Below are positions 38,849 through 48,755 of a stretch of 64,000 nt of DNA, piece by piece. The position numbers and the translations under genes are program-made. Within the stretch, counting starts at the first letter, position 1, and each line of letters begins with the position of its first letter. The DNA is from a bacterium (GTDB lineage Bacteria > UBA8248 > JACPRG01 > G963555815), in contig OZ244653.1 in NCBI GenBank assembly GCA_965218795.1, positions 3,680,001-3,744,000 of the forward strand, given 5' to 3'. Below the pieces are notes generated by a model. It was not told the origin of the DNA and ran no database searches. It saw nothing but the letters and a program-made list of their open reading frames with translations.

Positions 38849-39733
38849 TTGAGCTTCCATCCTTGGATTTCTGCCGCAGGAAGGAAAAGTCTGTTGTCTA
38901 CAAGGATTTTTGGACCGATTGGAAGCTGGATTGCAGGGCTGATCGGCATTGGATGGGTCGGTTTCACAGGGGTGGCCTGGGGGGCATGCGTTCTCGACGT
39001 TGCGCGCAACGACCCGGCGGTCCCGGGCCCTTGGATTCGCCGGGTCTCGACCGGAGCGCCTTCCGTTCCCCCGGGGCATCTGCGGATCACCTTCAGCGGC
39101 CATTCGAGCTTCTTGATCGAGACCCCGGGCGGGGCCTCCGTCATCACCGATTACAATGCGCGAAACCTTCCCTCCGTGAGGCCGGACGTCGTCACGATGA
39201 GCAATCCTCATGACACCCACAGCAGCGATGTGGTGGACCCCGCCATCCCGATGGTCCTGAGGGGATGGAACCCTGTCCGCGGCGTCGCCCGCCATGATGT
39301 CAGGATGAAGGACGCGCGAATCTTCAGCATCCCGACGAATTTCATCGAGGCCGGGGGTATCCACACCAACGTCAATTCCATTTTCGTGGTAGAGTCGGCG
39401 GGACTCTGCGCCGCGCATCTGGGCAATCTCAATCACGTCCTCGAGACTGAAACCCTGAAGAAGCTGGGACGCATCGACGTTCTGTTCGTCCCCATCGATT
39501 CGAGATGGACGCTGAACCACGCGACCGCCATTCAGGTGATTCGGCAGGTCGGTCCCGGTTTGGTGATTCCGATGCATTATGATTTTATGTTTCCGGAGGA
39601 ATTTGCGAGCCTTGCGAGGAAGTCGTTCCGGGTCAAGGTGCTGGATCGGGGGGTCCTGCTTGTCAGCCGCAAAACCCTCCCGCGCGCAACGGAGATTCTG
39701 TTCATGCGGGACGTCCGACTGGGCGGGCCGTGA
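38849..39733 (+). CDS. Secreted MBL-fold hydrolase, paralog 3
   Basis: GHSSF, MSNPHDTH, AHLGNLNH, IPMHY; start uncertain. Confidence 0.85.
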   Translation: MSFHPWISAAGRKSLLSTRIFGPIGSWIAGLIGIGWVGFTGVAWGACVLDVARNDPAVPGPWIRRVSTGAPSVPPGHLRITFSGHSSFLIETPGGASVITDYNARNLPSVRPDVVTMSNPHDTHSSDVVDPAIPMVLRGWNPVRGVARHDVRMKDARIFSIPTNFIEAGGIHTNVNSIFVVESAGLCAAHLGNLNHVLETETLKKLGRIDVLFVPIDSRWTLNHATAIQVIRQVGPGLVIPMHYDFMFPEEFASLARKSFRVKVLDRGVLLVSRKTLPRATEILFMRDVRLGGP

Positions 39734-39790
39734 CTCGGAACCTTTGATGTCCGCCTGTTCCCTATGAATCAAACCACGGAGGCTAAGAAA

Positions 39791-40531
39791 ATGGCCGTCA
39801 ATGCCCGGAACATCGAAATCAGCGTCAATGGCAATCAGGTGCCCGCCTACCTCGTTCTCCCGGAAGGTCCGGGGCCCCATCCCGGCCTTTTGATCATCGA
39901 GGAGATTTTCGGCGTCAACGATCACATCCGGGACATCTGCCGACGCTACGCAGGATACGGGTACGCCACCCTGTCCGTCGAGCTGTTCCATCGCGAAGCC
40001 GAACCCCAAACGCCGTATACCGAGTTCGAGACGGCCCGGGACAAGAGAACCCGACTCAAGGATTCCGAGGTCGCCGCGGAGATGCGCGCCGGCGTGGCTC
40101 ACCTGCGGGGACTGGACGAAGTCAACGCGGACAAGGTCGGGATTCTGGGCTACTGCATGGGCGGGCGGATGTCTTACTTTGCCGCGACCCAGATACCGGA
40201 CCTGGCCGCGTGCGTCGTTTATTACGGCGGGGGCATCGTCACCGACGCTCTGAATGAGAACACCCCTGCGGCCCCGGTCTCGCTGACGGGGGACATCCAA
40301 TGTCCCGTCATGTGCCACTTTGGTGAGACCGATCACGCGATCCCGTTGGACCAGGTGGACCAGATCCGGAAGGCCCTCGCGGATGCCGGGAAGACCCACG
40401 ACGTTTTCGTCTATGATGGCGCGGGCCACGGCTTTTTCTGCGACCAGCGGGAAGGTCATTTCCATGAGGAGGCGGCGAAGCTCTCACTGGAGCGGACGTT
40501 GGCCTTTCTGGGGAAACAAATGAAGAACTAG
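39791..40531 (+). CDS. Dienelactone hydrolase family protein
   Basis: EIFGVN, GYCMGG, FGETD, AGHGF. Confidence 0.92.
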   Translation: MAVNARNIEISVNGNQVPAYLVLPEGPGPHPGLLIIEEIFGVNDHIRDICRRYAGYGYATLSVELFHREAEPQTPYTEFETARDKRTRLKDSEVAAEMRAGVAHLRGLDEVNADKVGILGYCMGGRMSYFAATQIPDLAACVVYYGGGIVTDALNENTPAAPVSLTGDIQCPVMCHFGETDHAIPLDQVDQIRKALADAGKTHDVFVYDGAGHGFFCDQREGHFHEEAAKLSLERTLAFLGKQMKN

Positions 40532-40611
40532 ATGTTCAAGCGGATTCCACTCGTAAGGACGTTTCGGGGAAACCGATCGGAAAATCGCCGGTGGATGAAG
40601 GAGGCAGACTG

Positions 40612-42975
40612 ATGAGCGGTGTCGCTGCCGAGAAAGAATTGAAGTGGGTCGGCAAGAATCTGGACCGCGAGGATGGGGCTGACAAGGCGACGGGCATGGG
40701 CGTTTTCGTGACGGACATGCAAATGCCCAACATGCTGACGGCCAAGTTTCACCGCAGCAAGCTGGCCCACGCCCGGATTCGAAACGTGGACGTTTCCAAG
40801 GCCCTGAAGGTTCCGGGCGTGAAGGCGGTCCTCACGTCGGAGGATTGCCCCAAGGATGAGAACGGAAACCTCTACGGATTCGGGGCCTACATGTTCGATT
40901 ATACCATCCTGGCCCACAAGAAGGTCCGGTTCGTATCAGAGCCCATTGCGGTGGTCGCGGCGACCCACGAGGACGCGGCCGAGGAAGGGGTGGACCTCAT
41001 CGAGGTCGAATACGAGGAGATGCCGCCTGTCTTCGACCCCCTGGAGGCCATGGAAGACGGCGCCCCCATCATCCATGAGAACCTCGAACAGTACCCGGTC
41101 GTCCCCGGCTTCACGCCGGTGCGGTTCGGAAACGTGGCGTGCCAGCTCCGGTTCGCCATGGGGGATGTGGAGAAGGGTCTGAAGGAAGCCGACCTCGTCT
41201 TCGAGGACGAATACAGCACCGTGACCAACCACCAGTCCTACATGGAGCCCCATGCCGCCATCGCGCAGGTAGACGCCAAAGGGAGGGTGACGGTCTGGAC
41301 GAGTACGCAAACGGTGGCCGAGGTGCGCCGCGAATTGGGGGACACCCTGAAAATTCCCGCCAGCCAGATCCGAGTCGTTGCGCCGTACATCGGCGGAGGG
41401 TTCGGGGGGAAGCTCGACATCCGCGTCGAGCCCCACGCCATTCTGCTCGCGCAGATGACCCGGCGGCCGGTCAAGATTGTTCTGAGCCGCGAGGAGGAGA
41501 TGAACTCCGGCCACCCGCGCCATCCCTTCATCCTGAAGTACCGGACCGGGATGATGAAGGACGGGCGGATCCATGCCCGGGACATCAAGGTCATCGCCGA
41601 CTCCGGGGCCTATTGCCACCAGGGGATGGGCGTGATGGCCGCATCCAGTATTCACGCGCGGGGTCCTTACAAGGTCCCCCACGTCGTCGTGGACGGAAGT
41701 CTCGTCTATACGAACAAGCTGCCCTTCGGCGGTTACCGCGGCTACGGGACCCCGCAGGTGACCTTCGCGGGCGAGTCCCAGTTGGAGGACATCGCCAGGG
41801 AGTTGGGGATCGACCCGGTCGAGATCCGCATCAAGAACGCCATCGCGGCGGGCGATCGGTATGTGACCGGCCAGCCGGTTACGCATACGGCGATTGAAGA
41901 GACCCTGAAGCGCGCGGCGGAGAGCGCCGGCTGGGACTTGAAAGAAGGGAAGCGGCCCCGGCGCGAGCCGGCCGACCCGAAGAAGAGGTATGGAATCGGG
42001 ATGGGGTGCATGCAGCACGTCGGCGCGGTGTTCGCCTCGAGCGCGCTCATTAAAATGGAAGAGGACGGGGGCATCACCGTGATGGCGGGGGGCACGGAAA
42101 TCGGGGCGGGGCAACGCACGGTCCTGTCCCAGATCGCCGCCGAGGGCCTCAGCATCCCCTATGAGAAGGTGTCCATCGTCCTCTCCGATACGCTCGTCAC
42201 GCCCTACGATTGGTCGACCGACGCCAGCCGAACGACCTACAACACCGGGAACGCCATCCTGCGGGCCTGCAAAGAAGTGAAAGACAGGCTTCTCGAAATC
42301 GGGGGCATGATGCTGGAGGCGGACCCCAAGGACCTCGACGTGGATACCGGGGAGATCTATGTCAAGAGCGCGCCGGACCGACGGGCCTCCTATCACGACG
42401 TCGTCATGTTCGGCCTCTACGTGGACGGGGGCGTGGTTCTGGGCAAAGGCTCCCACTTCGACCCGCCAAAGTTCGATCCGCCGAAGGACGTCAAGCTCGA
42501 GGGAGTCAGTTTTCCTCCCTTCCCGGCCTATATTTTCGGTACGCAGGTCGCCGAGGTCGAAGTCGATACGGAGACGGGGCGCGTGGAGATCATCGCCCTC
42601 CATTCAGCCCATGACGTGGGGAAGGCCATCAGCCCCGCCGGGTGTGAGGGGCAGATCGAGGGCGCGGCGTCCATCGGCCTCGGCTGGCTCCTGTCTGAGG
42701 AAATCGCATTCGAGAACGGCGTTGTGACCAACCCCACGTGGCTCGATTACAAGCTGCCCACAACCCTCGACATGCCGCCGGTTTATCCTCTTCTGGTCGA
42801 GGAGCCGGATGAGACGGGTCCGTTCGGCGCCAAGGGAATCGGCGAGCCGGCGCTGGTTCCCACGCCCGCTGCCGTGGCCAATGCGATTTGCGACGCCATC
42901 GGCGTGCGGATGACGGACATGCCTTTCACGCCCGACCGTGTCCTGGCCGCCATGCGGGAAAGCGGGGCTGATTGA
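40612..42975 (+). CDS. Xanthine dehydrogenase-family molybdopterin-binding subunit
   Basis: YMEPH, GGGFGGK, YRGYGTPQ, GQIEG, GAKGIGEP. Confidence 0.93.
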   Translation: MSGVAAEKELKWVGKNLDREDGADKATGMGVFVTDMQMPNMLTAKFHRSKLAHARIRNVDVSKALKVPGVKAVLTSEDCPKDENGNLYGFGAYMFDYTILAHKKVRFVSEPIAVVAATHEDAAEEGVDLIEVEYEEMPPVFDPLEAMEDGAPIIHENLEQYPVVPGFTPVRFGNVACQLRFAMGDVEKGLKEADLVFEDEYSTVTNHQSYMEPHAAIAQVDAKGRVTVWTSTQTVAEVRRELGDTLKIPASQIRVVAPYIGGGFGGKLDIRVEPHAILLAQMTRRPVKIVLSREEEMNSGHPRHPFILKYRTGMMKDGRIHARDIKVIADSGAYCHQGMGVMAASSIHARGPYKVPHVVVDGSLVYTNKLPFGGYRGYGTPQVTFAGESQLEDIARELGIDPVEIRIKNAIAAGDRYVTGQPVTHTAIEETLKRAAESAGWDLKEGKRPRREPADPKKRYGIGMGCMQHVGAVFASSALIKMEEDGGITVMAGGTEIGAGQRTVLSQIAAEGLSIPYEKVSIVLSDTLVTPYDWSTDASRTTYNTGNAILRACKEVKDRLLEIGGMMLEADPKDLDVDTGEIYVKSAPDRRASYHDVVMFGLYVDGGVVLGKGSHFDPPKFDPPKDVKLEGVSFPPFPAYIFGTQVAEVEVDTETGRVEIIALHSAHDVGKAISPAGCEGQIEGAASIGLGWLLSEEIAFENGVVTNPTWLDYKLPTTLDMPPVYPLLVEEPDETGPFGAKGIGEPALVPTPAAVANAICDAIGVRMTDMPFTPDRVLAAMRESGAD

Positions 42976-43004
42976 TCAGGATCGGAAATAACTGTAGGGG
43001 CCAA

Positions 43005-43044
43005 AATACCGTGGTTATCCGTGGAATACCGTGGAATACCGTGG
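43005..43044. repeat. 10-bp tandem repeat x4
   Basis: aataccgtgg ttatccgtgg aataccgtgg aataccgtgg. Confidence 0.85.
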
Positions 43045-43504
43045 AAAAGTGGCGGTGGGTGCCGTCGGCGCGCTGCGCAATGTGCGCGTGAACGCCTGAT
43101 CCTGCGGCCCGAAATCCGACCGTCGCATTCCTGCCTCAAACGCCTGATAATCGCGTAACAAGCGCCTTTTCCGGGCCAAATGAAAGGCATGAGGGGTTTG
43201 AACAGCCGTGGGGCCGGGATGGGCGGACAGCGCGCCGCTGAGCGTCTGACGGCGCACCCAGGAGAAAGACCGGACGACCCACCGGAAAGACCCAAAACCC
43301 AAAAAGAATAACGGAATGATAAGTTATGGGCTTTTGGATGGTTTCTCTATGTTGCTCGCTGTACTGTGGGCCGCCGTAGTGGTCTCATGTTTGACCAATT
43401 CTTCCGGACTCGGTTCTTCCGGACGGACCCACCCGGGATCTCCCGTGAGTCTCTCCATCGCCATTCTTTGCCGCCTTTTTTCCTCTCGCTTCCTCTCTCT
43501 TTTG

Positions 43505-43990
43505 TCAGTCATATGTCTCAACCCCTGGTAGCCTTGGTTGCTGAAGCCCTCGCCCGACGACGCCGGGCGTGTGAAACCGCTTTCCCTCCAGTATCTCTCC
43601 AGCCGTTAGCATCTGCATCCGGCTGTATTTGACGCCACCGACTTCCAGGTCACCGGCCTGAGCCATATCCCGATGAAAATTCCGGTCCTTCGTCGGCCCT
43701 GGAGGGTCCATGATGATCAGGCCGGCCATGAGCGCCTCGTCATTGTCTGGGACACCCTGAAGGGCGCGCAAGTCGCGTATGGATACGATCTTACCGCCCT
43801 TGACCTCACTCAATCGCCATGCTCTGAAGGGATTTCTCTTTGGGAACGGCGAAATACAGGCGACCGTCAATTCCGCCGTCCGCCGTCCGTTTCGTGGTGA
43901 CAAAGCCGTCCACTTCCTCGACAGCCCATTTCTGAAAGAGTGATACTTATCCCGCGTCCATAGGTCTTTTGCGCCTTCTGGAGCGCGTAA
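43505..43990 (-). pseudogene. Mrr-like PD-(D/E)xK domain remnant (C-terminus of an MTase-endonuclease fusion), two frameshifts
   Basis: FQKWAVE..TADGGIDGRLYF..MAIE / EVKGG..IRDLRAL..QMLTAGEILEG; tgag duplication at the second shift. Confidence 0.65.
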
Positions 43991-44363
43991 CAAGCGGCTT
44001 TCCGGGTCATTTTCCTTCGGCGAGACGGACGAAATTCGGCGCGCGGAAAAGCCGAACCCCCCCCCCAAAAAAAGTCGTCAAAACTGCGGCGTGATTGACC
44101 TGCCCTCTTGATATGTTCTAGACTTTTTCTCAAGCAAATATCTTGAGGGAACCCTTCAGATAATCGTGTAACAATTCGCAGTGATTTCCGATCCGCTACA
44201 TCCGCGGGATCGTCTGGATGATCCGGGGTCTGGCCATCGGCGGGCGGATGTCGTTGACCCCTTCCACGGCCGCGCGCGGCTGGGGCGGCCGGCCGTGTCC
44301 TCGGTCAGGCTGACCCCTCGGCGGGCCGTCATTCCATCGCACTTCTGTCATTGGAGGAATCAA

Positions 44364-44684
44364 ATGGCCTGGATCTATCTATTCGGCGCGGGTGTGTTCG
44401 AGATCGGCTTCGCGACGTTTCTGAAAATGTCGAACGGCTTCACGAAACTCGTCCCGTCCATCGCGTTCTTGATTTCGGGGGCCCTGAGCCTGTGGCTTCT
44501 GACCCGGGCCATGCAGACCATTTCCCTGGGGACCGCCTACTCGGTGTGGACCGGCATCGGGGTCATCGGCACGGTTGTCATCGGCATCGTCTATTTCGGC
44601 GACCCGGCGGGCGCCGCGCGCATCGTCCTCCTGATGATTCTGGTCGGCGCGATCATCGGCCTGAAGATCGTCTCCCCGGCCTGA
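44364..44684 (+). CDS. sugE: SMR family transporter (SugE/Gdx-like)
   Basis: MAWIYL..AGVFE, LK.SNGFT, GTAYSVWTGIG, GLK. Confidence 0.85.
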   Translation: MAWIYLFGAGVFEIGFATFLKMSNGFTKLVPSIAFLISGALSLWLLTRAMQTISLGTAYSVWTGIGVIGTVVIGIVYFGDPAGAARIVLLMILVGAIIGLKIVSPA

Positions 44685-44852
44685 GCGGAACCCGTTCGGT
44701 TCCGCGGCGGAGCGGCGTCTGTTCGGAGATGGGCGGGGTCGGCCTGGACCGCGGCCCGGAATCGAAACGCGAATACGCCGGCCGCGTCCTTGTCCGGGTT
44801 CTTCGAGGGGCGGAGGCGCGCCGCCTCCCCCCCTCCCCCCCTGTCTTCTCTC

Positions 44853-45320
44853 TCAGGAGTTCTTCTCCGCGGCGGAGCGGATGGCCTTCAGGATTTCGGG
44901 ATGGGCCCCGCAGCGGCAATAGTTTCCGAGAAGGTATTCCCGAACCTCTTCGTCGGAGGGGTTCGGCATCTCCGAAAGCATCGCCTTCACGGCCAGCATC
45001 ATCCCCGGGGTGCAGAAGGCGCATTGAAACGCCGCGTTCTCGAGAAAGGCTTCCTGGACCGGATCCAGCCGATCCCCTTGAGATAGCCCCTCGACGGTCG
45101 TGACCTCCTGGTCGGAGCGAAGCCGGGCGGCGAGCGTCAGGCAGGAGCTGACGGGCTTGCCGTCAATCAGGACCGTGCACGTTCCGCACGCGCCGACCGA
45201 GCACCCTTCCTTCGTCCCGGTCAGGTGGAGTTTTTCCCGGAGGACGTCCAGGAGCAGGGCCTGATCGTTGATCTCGAGGGTTTCCCGCTCGCCGTTGATG
45301 GTCAGATCGACGGTCCTCAT
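44853..45320 (-). CDS. Mo-hydroxylase small (2x 2Fe-2S) subunit, CoxS-like
   Basis: GTKEGCSVGACGTC, FQCAFCTPG, NYCRC. Confidence 0.93.
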   Translation of the reverse strand: MRTVDLTINGERETLEINDQALLLDVLREKLHLTGTKEGCSVGACGTCTVLIDGKPVSSCLTLAARLRSDQEVTTVEGLSQGDRLDPVQEAFLENAAFQCAFCTPGMMLAVKAMLSEMPNPSDEEVREYLLGNYCRCGAHPEILKAIRSAAEKNS

Positions 45321-47665
45321 GGCGTCCCGCCGTTTCCGTTTTCACCGCGCAGCGCCCGCAGAACGCTCTCCGGCGTGATGGGGATCTCGTGAATCCAAAT
45401 GCCGACGGCGTCGAAGACCGCGGCCGTAATGGCCGGGATCGTCGCCATCGTGCCCGTTTCGCCCACCCCCTTCGCGCCGTAGGGTCCGTCCCGGTGCGGC
45501 GTCTCGAGGACGTGGGAGGTCAACGTCCGGGGCACGTCTCCGAACGCGGGGAGGATGTAGTCCAGGAAGGACTGGTTCGTGATCTGCCCTTCCTCGAACC
45601 GCATGGTTTCGAAGAGCGTCAGCCCGAGGGTCGTAATCGCCGCGCCGAGGATCTGCTGGTCGCAATGGGCGGGGTGGATGGCCTTGCCCACGTCGGCGCC
45701 GCCGGCGAAGTTCAACACCTTCACGGTCCCGGTTTCGCAGTCCACCTCCACTTCGGCGGCCGAGGCGCCCCCGAACCAGTAGGCCGTCATATTCTCCGAC
45801 TGCCCCGTTTCCTTGTCCGTCGGGGCGACGGATGTCTGAAAGACTCCTTGGCCGACCAGCGTGGTTCCTTTCGCGCCCTTGAACTTGTGGGCGAAGACCT
45901 CCTCCTGGGTCATGCGCCGGTCCGGCATGCCCGTCACCCGAACCCCCTCCTCGTGATACTCGATCTGATCTTCACTCACCTCCATGGCGTCCGAGGCGAT
46001 CTCGATGAATTGCCGCTTGAGATCGTCGGCGGCGAGCTGGACGGCGCGTCCCATATGGAAGGTCGAGCGGCTCCCGGCCGTCAGCGTGTCATACGGCGTC
46101 ACATCGGTATCCGGCCGCACGACGCTCACCTTTTCGAAGGGGACGCCCATCTCCTCCGCCGCGATCTGGCACAGGATGGTGTCGGAGCCCTGTCCCATCT
46201 CGACCGTCGAGGTCAGGACGTTGACGCTGCCGTCGCTGCCCATCTCCACAATCGATCCGGAGGTGGAAGGCGTCAGGACCGCCTTGAGAGCGAGGGCGCA
46301 TCCCTTGCCGCGGCGTTTGCCTCTTGCGGGCGGCGGCGAGGGCGGCTTCCGCGGACCCGGCTCCCAGCCGATGGCCTCGGCGCACTTCTCCAGCGACTCC
46401 TTGTGACCCAGGCTGTGAAGCCTGGTTCCCGAGGCGAAGAAATCGCCCTCGTCGTAGGCGTATTCCAGGCGGAGTTCCACCGGGTCCCGCCCGAGATGGT
46501 GGGCCGCCTTGTCCATGTGGGATTCATAAGCGAAGGCCACCTGAGGCACGCCGAACCCGCGAAACGGCCCGGCGGGCGTCTTGTGGGTATAGACGCAGTA
46601 GGAATCGATCCATACGTTGTCGATCTTGTAAGGGCCGGCGCCCGTGAATCCGGTCTTGTAGGCGATGCGGGGGCCGATCTCCGCAAAAGCGCCCGTGTCG
46701 TAGTAGACGGCGACTTTCCGTGAGCTGATCTTCCCGTCCTTGGAAACGCCCGTCTGCATTCGACAGACCGCGCCGTGCTTGGAGGACGTGACGAAAACCT
46801 CCTCGCGGTTCAGGATCCACCGCACCGGCTTTCTCGTCACCCTGGCCAGCAGGGTCGTGATGGGCTCGAGCTTGTCGTAGAGCTTGGCGCCGTAGGCCCC
46901 GCCGAGGTAGGGCACGATCACGCGAACCCGGTTCAAGGGGACGTTGTAGATGTTGGACAGATCATTCCGCACCAGCGAGGGGCTCTGCGTAGAGGTCCAC
47001 ACGGTCACCTTGCCGTTGGCGTCCCAGTTGGCCATGACCCCGTGGGGCTCCAGATGGGCGTGAGAGGCGGGGGGCGAAACATAGTCATCCGAGAACACCA
47101 CAGCGGCTTCCGCCAGCGCCTTTTCCGCGTCTCCCCTGCGCAGCTTGAAATGGTAATTGATGTTCGAGTTTCCGCCTTCCAGATGGGCCAGGTCGGCGAA
47201 GGTCTTGGCCGACTCCAGTGTCTCGTGGACGAGCGGGGCTTCGGGCCGGATGGCGTCGAGCACGTTGTGAACGGCGGGCTGGGGCTCGTATTCGACCTCG
47301 ACGAGGGAGAGCGCCTTGTCCGCCGCTTCACGGGTGTCGGCGGCAACGGCGGCCACGCACTCGCCCACGTGGCGGACCCGCTCGACGGCCAGGATGGGCT
47401 GATCGCGGAAGGCCGGCCCGTAGAAGGGCGAGATTCCCTCCATCTCGAGAATGTCCGGGCCCGTCAGGACGGCTTTGACCCCGGGCGTCTTTCGCGCTTC
47501 CGTTGCGTCGACCCTGGTCAGAAGGGCGTGGGGGTGCGGGCTCCGAAGGACCGCCGTATGCAGCATGCCGGGGAGAGAGAGGTCCGCGACGTACTGGGCG
47601 TTTCCGGTGATCTTGGGAAGTCCGTCGATGCGGGGAATGGATTCTCCGATGATGGATGTGGTCAT
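45317..47665 (-). CDS. Xanthine dehydrogenase-family molybdopterin-binding subunit
   Basis: HLEPH, GGAYGAK, PFRGFGVPQ, EMGQG, GAKGVGET. Confidence 0.93.
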   Translation of the reverse strand: MTTSIIGESIPRIDGLPKITGNAQYVADLSLPGMLHTAVLRSPHPHALLTRVDATEARKTPGVKAVLTGPDILEMEGISPFYGPAFRDQPILAVERVRHVGECVAAVAADTREAADKALSLVEVEYEPQPAVHNVLDAIRPEAPLVHETLESAKTFADLAHLEGGNSNINYHFKLRRGDAEKALAEAAVVFSDDYVSPPASHAHLEPHGVMANWDANGKVTVWTSTQSPSLVRNDLSNIYNVPLNRVRVIVPYLGGAYGAKLYDKLEPITTLLARVTRKPVRWILNREEVFVTSSKHGAVCRMQTGVSKDGKISSRKVAVYYDTGAFAEIGPRIAYKTGFTGAGPYKIDNVWIDSYCVYTHKTPAGPFRGFGVPQVAFAYESHMDKAAHHLGRDPVELRLEYAYDEGDFFASGTRLHSLGHKESLEKCAEAIGWEPGPRKPPSPPPARGKRRGKGCALALKAVLTPSTSGSIVEMGSDGSVNVLTSTVEMGQGSDTILCQIAAEEMGVPFEKVSVVRPDTDVTPYDTLTAGSRSTFHMGRAVQLAADDLKRQFIEIASDAMEVSEDQIEYHEEGVRVTGMPDRRMTQEEVFAHKFKGAKGTTLVGQGVFQTSVAPTDKETGQSENMTAYWFGGASAAEVEVDCETGTVKVLNFAGGADVGKAIHPAHCDQQILGAAITTLGLTLFETMRFEEGQITNQSFLDYILPAFGDVPRTLTSHVLETPHRDGPYGAKGVGETGTMATIPAITAAVFDAVGIWIHEIPITPESVLRALRGENGNGGTP

Positions 47666-47849
47666 GGGCGTCAAAAATCCTTGTTCCGTGGGGGCCTTTT
47701 CGAAAGCCGGCCCCAACCCTCCGAAAAAGTTTTCATTCACGGCGGCGGGCTTCGCGCGCCATCGCGAAAACGGACGGGAACTGCGTTCCGCGCGGTCCGA
47801 TCGACGCTTCCCGGATTCCCCCGGACGAAAAAACTCCCTGCCGCTCGTT

Positions 47850-48716
47850 TCAGGCCGGCTCCAGCAGGGCCTCGATGCCCCGCCTCACGTGGACCTTCAC
47901 CATCTCCCGCTTGTACCAGCCGGAGCCTCTGTGGTCTTCGATGGGCCGGGTCTGGGCGGCGGCCGCATCCGCGACGGCCTCGATCCGCTCCTCGCTCAGT
48001 TCCTGTCCCACGGCCAGATCCTCCAGCCCCGAGACCTTCACCGGCGTCTCGGCGACCGACGTCAGGACGACGCGGAGATCCCCGCAGGTCCCGTTGTCCA
48101 TGCGCAGCATGACCGCCGTTCCGAGCGTCGGCCAGTCGGCCGCGGCGTTTCCCACGTACTTGAGGTAGATCCCCTTCAGGCCGTCCGTCGGGGGAGGCAG
48201 CGTCACGGCGGTGACGATCTCTCCCTCCTCTTTGGCGGTCGCATAAAAACCGGTGAAGAATTCTTCCAGCGGCAGATCGCGCTCCCCGCCGGCGCCGTGC
48301 AGGCGGATCCGGGCGTCCAGGGCGATCAGCGGAGCGGGCGGGTCGATTCGGAAATCGCCGTGGGCCAGGTTGCCCCCGACCGTGGCGCTGTTGCGCACGC
48401 GGACGTTCGCCACGCGGGCGTACGTGCTCGAGAGAACGGGATAGTGTCCGGTGACGGCCGGGTGAAGCTCCACCTCCCGGTGGGTCGCCAGGGCCCCCAG
48501 ACGCAGCCCCTCCTTCGGGTCGAACCGGATCTCGGACAGCTCGCGCAGGGCCTTCAGGTTGATCAGGTGATTCGGTGCGTACAAGCCGTTCTTCATCAGG
48601 ATGAGAACGGCGGTTCCGCCCGCGATGGGGGCGGCCTCGTCCCCGAAATCGGAGAGCATCCTGCAGGCTTCATCCGGCGTGGCTGGATCGTGAAGGGTGA
48701 AGGGGGGGAGAGCCAT
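47850..48716 (-). CDS. Mo-hydroxylase FAD-binding subunit, CoxM-like
   Basis: IAGGT, VRNSATVGGN, D.RGS..YK. Confidence 0.92.
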   Translation of the reverse strand: MALPPFTLHDPATPDEACRMLSDFGDEAAPIAGGTAVLILMKNGLYAPNHLINLKALRELSEIRFDPKEGLRLGALATHREVELHPAVTGHYPVLSSTYARVANVRVRNSATVGGNLAHGDFRIDPPAPLIALDARIRLHGAGGERDLPLEEFFTGFYATAKEEGEIVTAVTLPPPTDGLKGIYLKYVGNAAADWPTLGTAVMLRMDNGTCGDLRVVLTSVAETPVKVSGLEDLAVGQELSEERIEAVADAAAAQTRPIEDHRGSGWYKREMVKVHVRRGIEALLEPA

Positions 48717-48755
48717 GATTTTTCCAATTGACTCGCAAGGGCGCCGGCGGGTTCG

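Larger units (their letters stand above)
42979..44194. mobile_element. Non-autonomous element with 16-bp terminal inverted repeats carrying gene fragments
   Basis: ggatcggaaataactg (42979-42994) and cagtgatttccgatcc (44179-44194), 15/16 match; similar end at 53392. Confidence 0.55.

Noticed and set aside
44200-44360. Guanidine riboswitch upstream of the SugE-like gene
   Set aside because: gccgt...cggtcagg...cggc loosely recalls guanidine-III, but I cannot find the conserved ACGAGG segment or twin ACGR loops; needs an Infernal scan.
40612-47665. Aerobic CO dehydrogenase
   Set aside because: Neither large subunit has the AYxCSFR (form I) or AYRGAGR (form II) loop.
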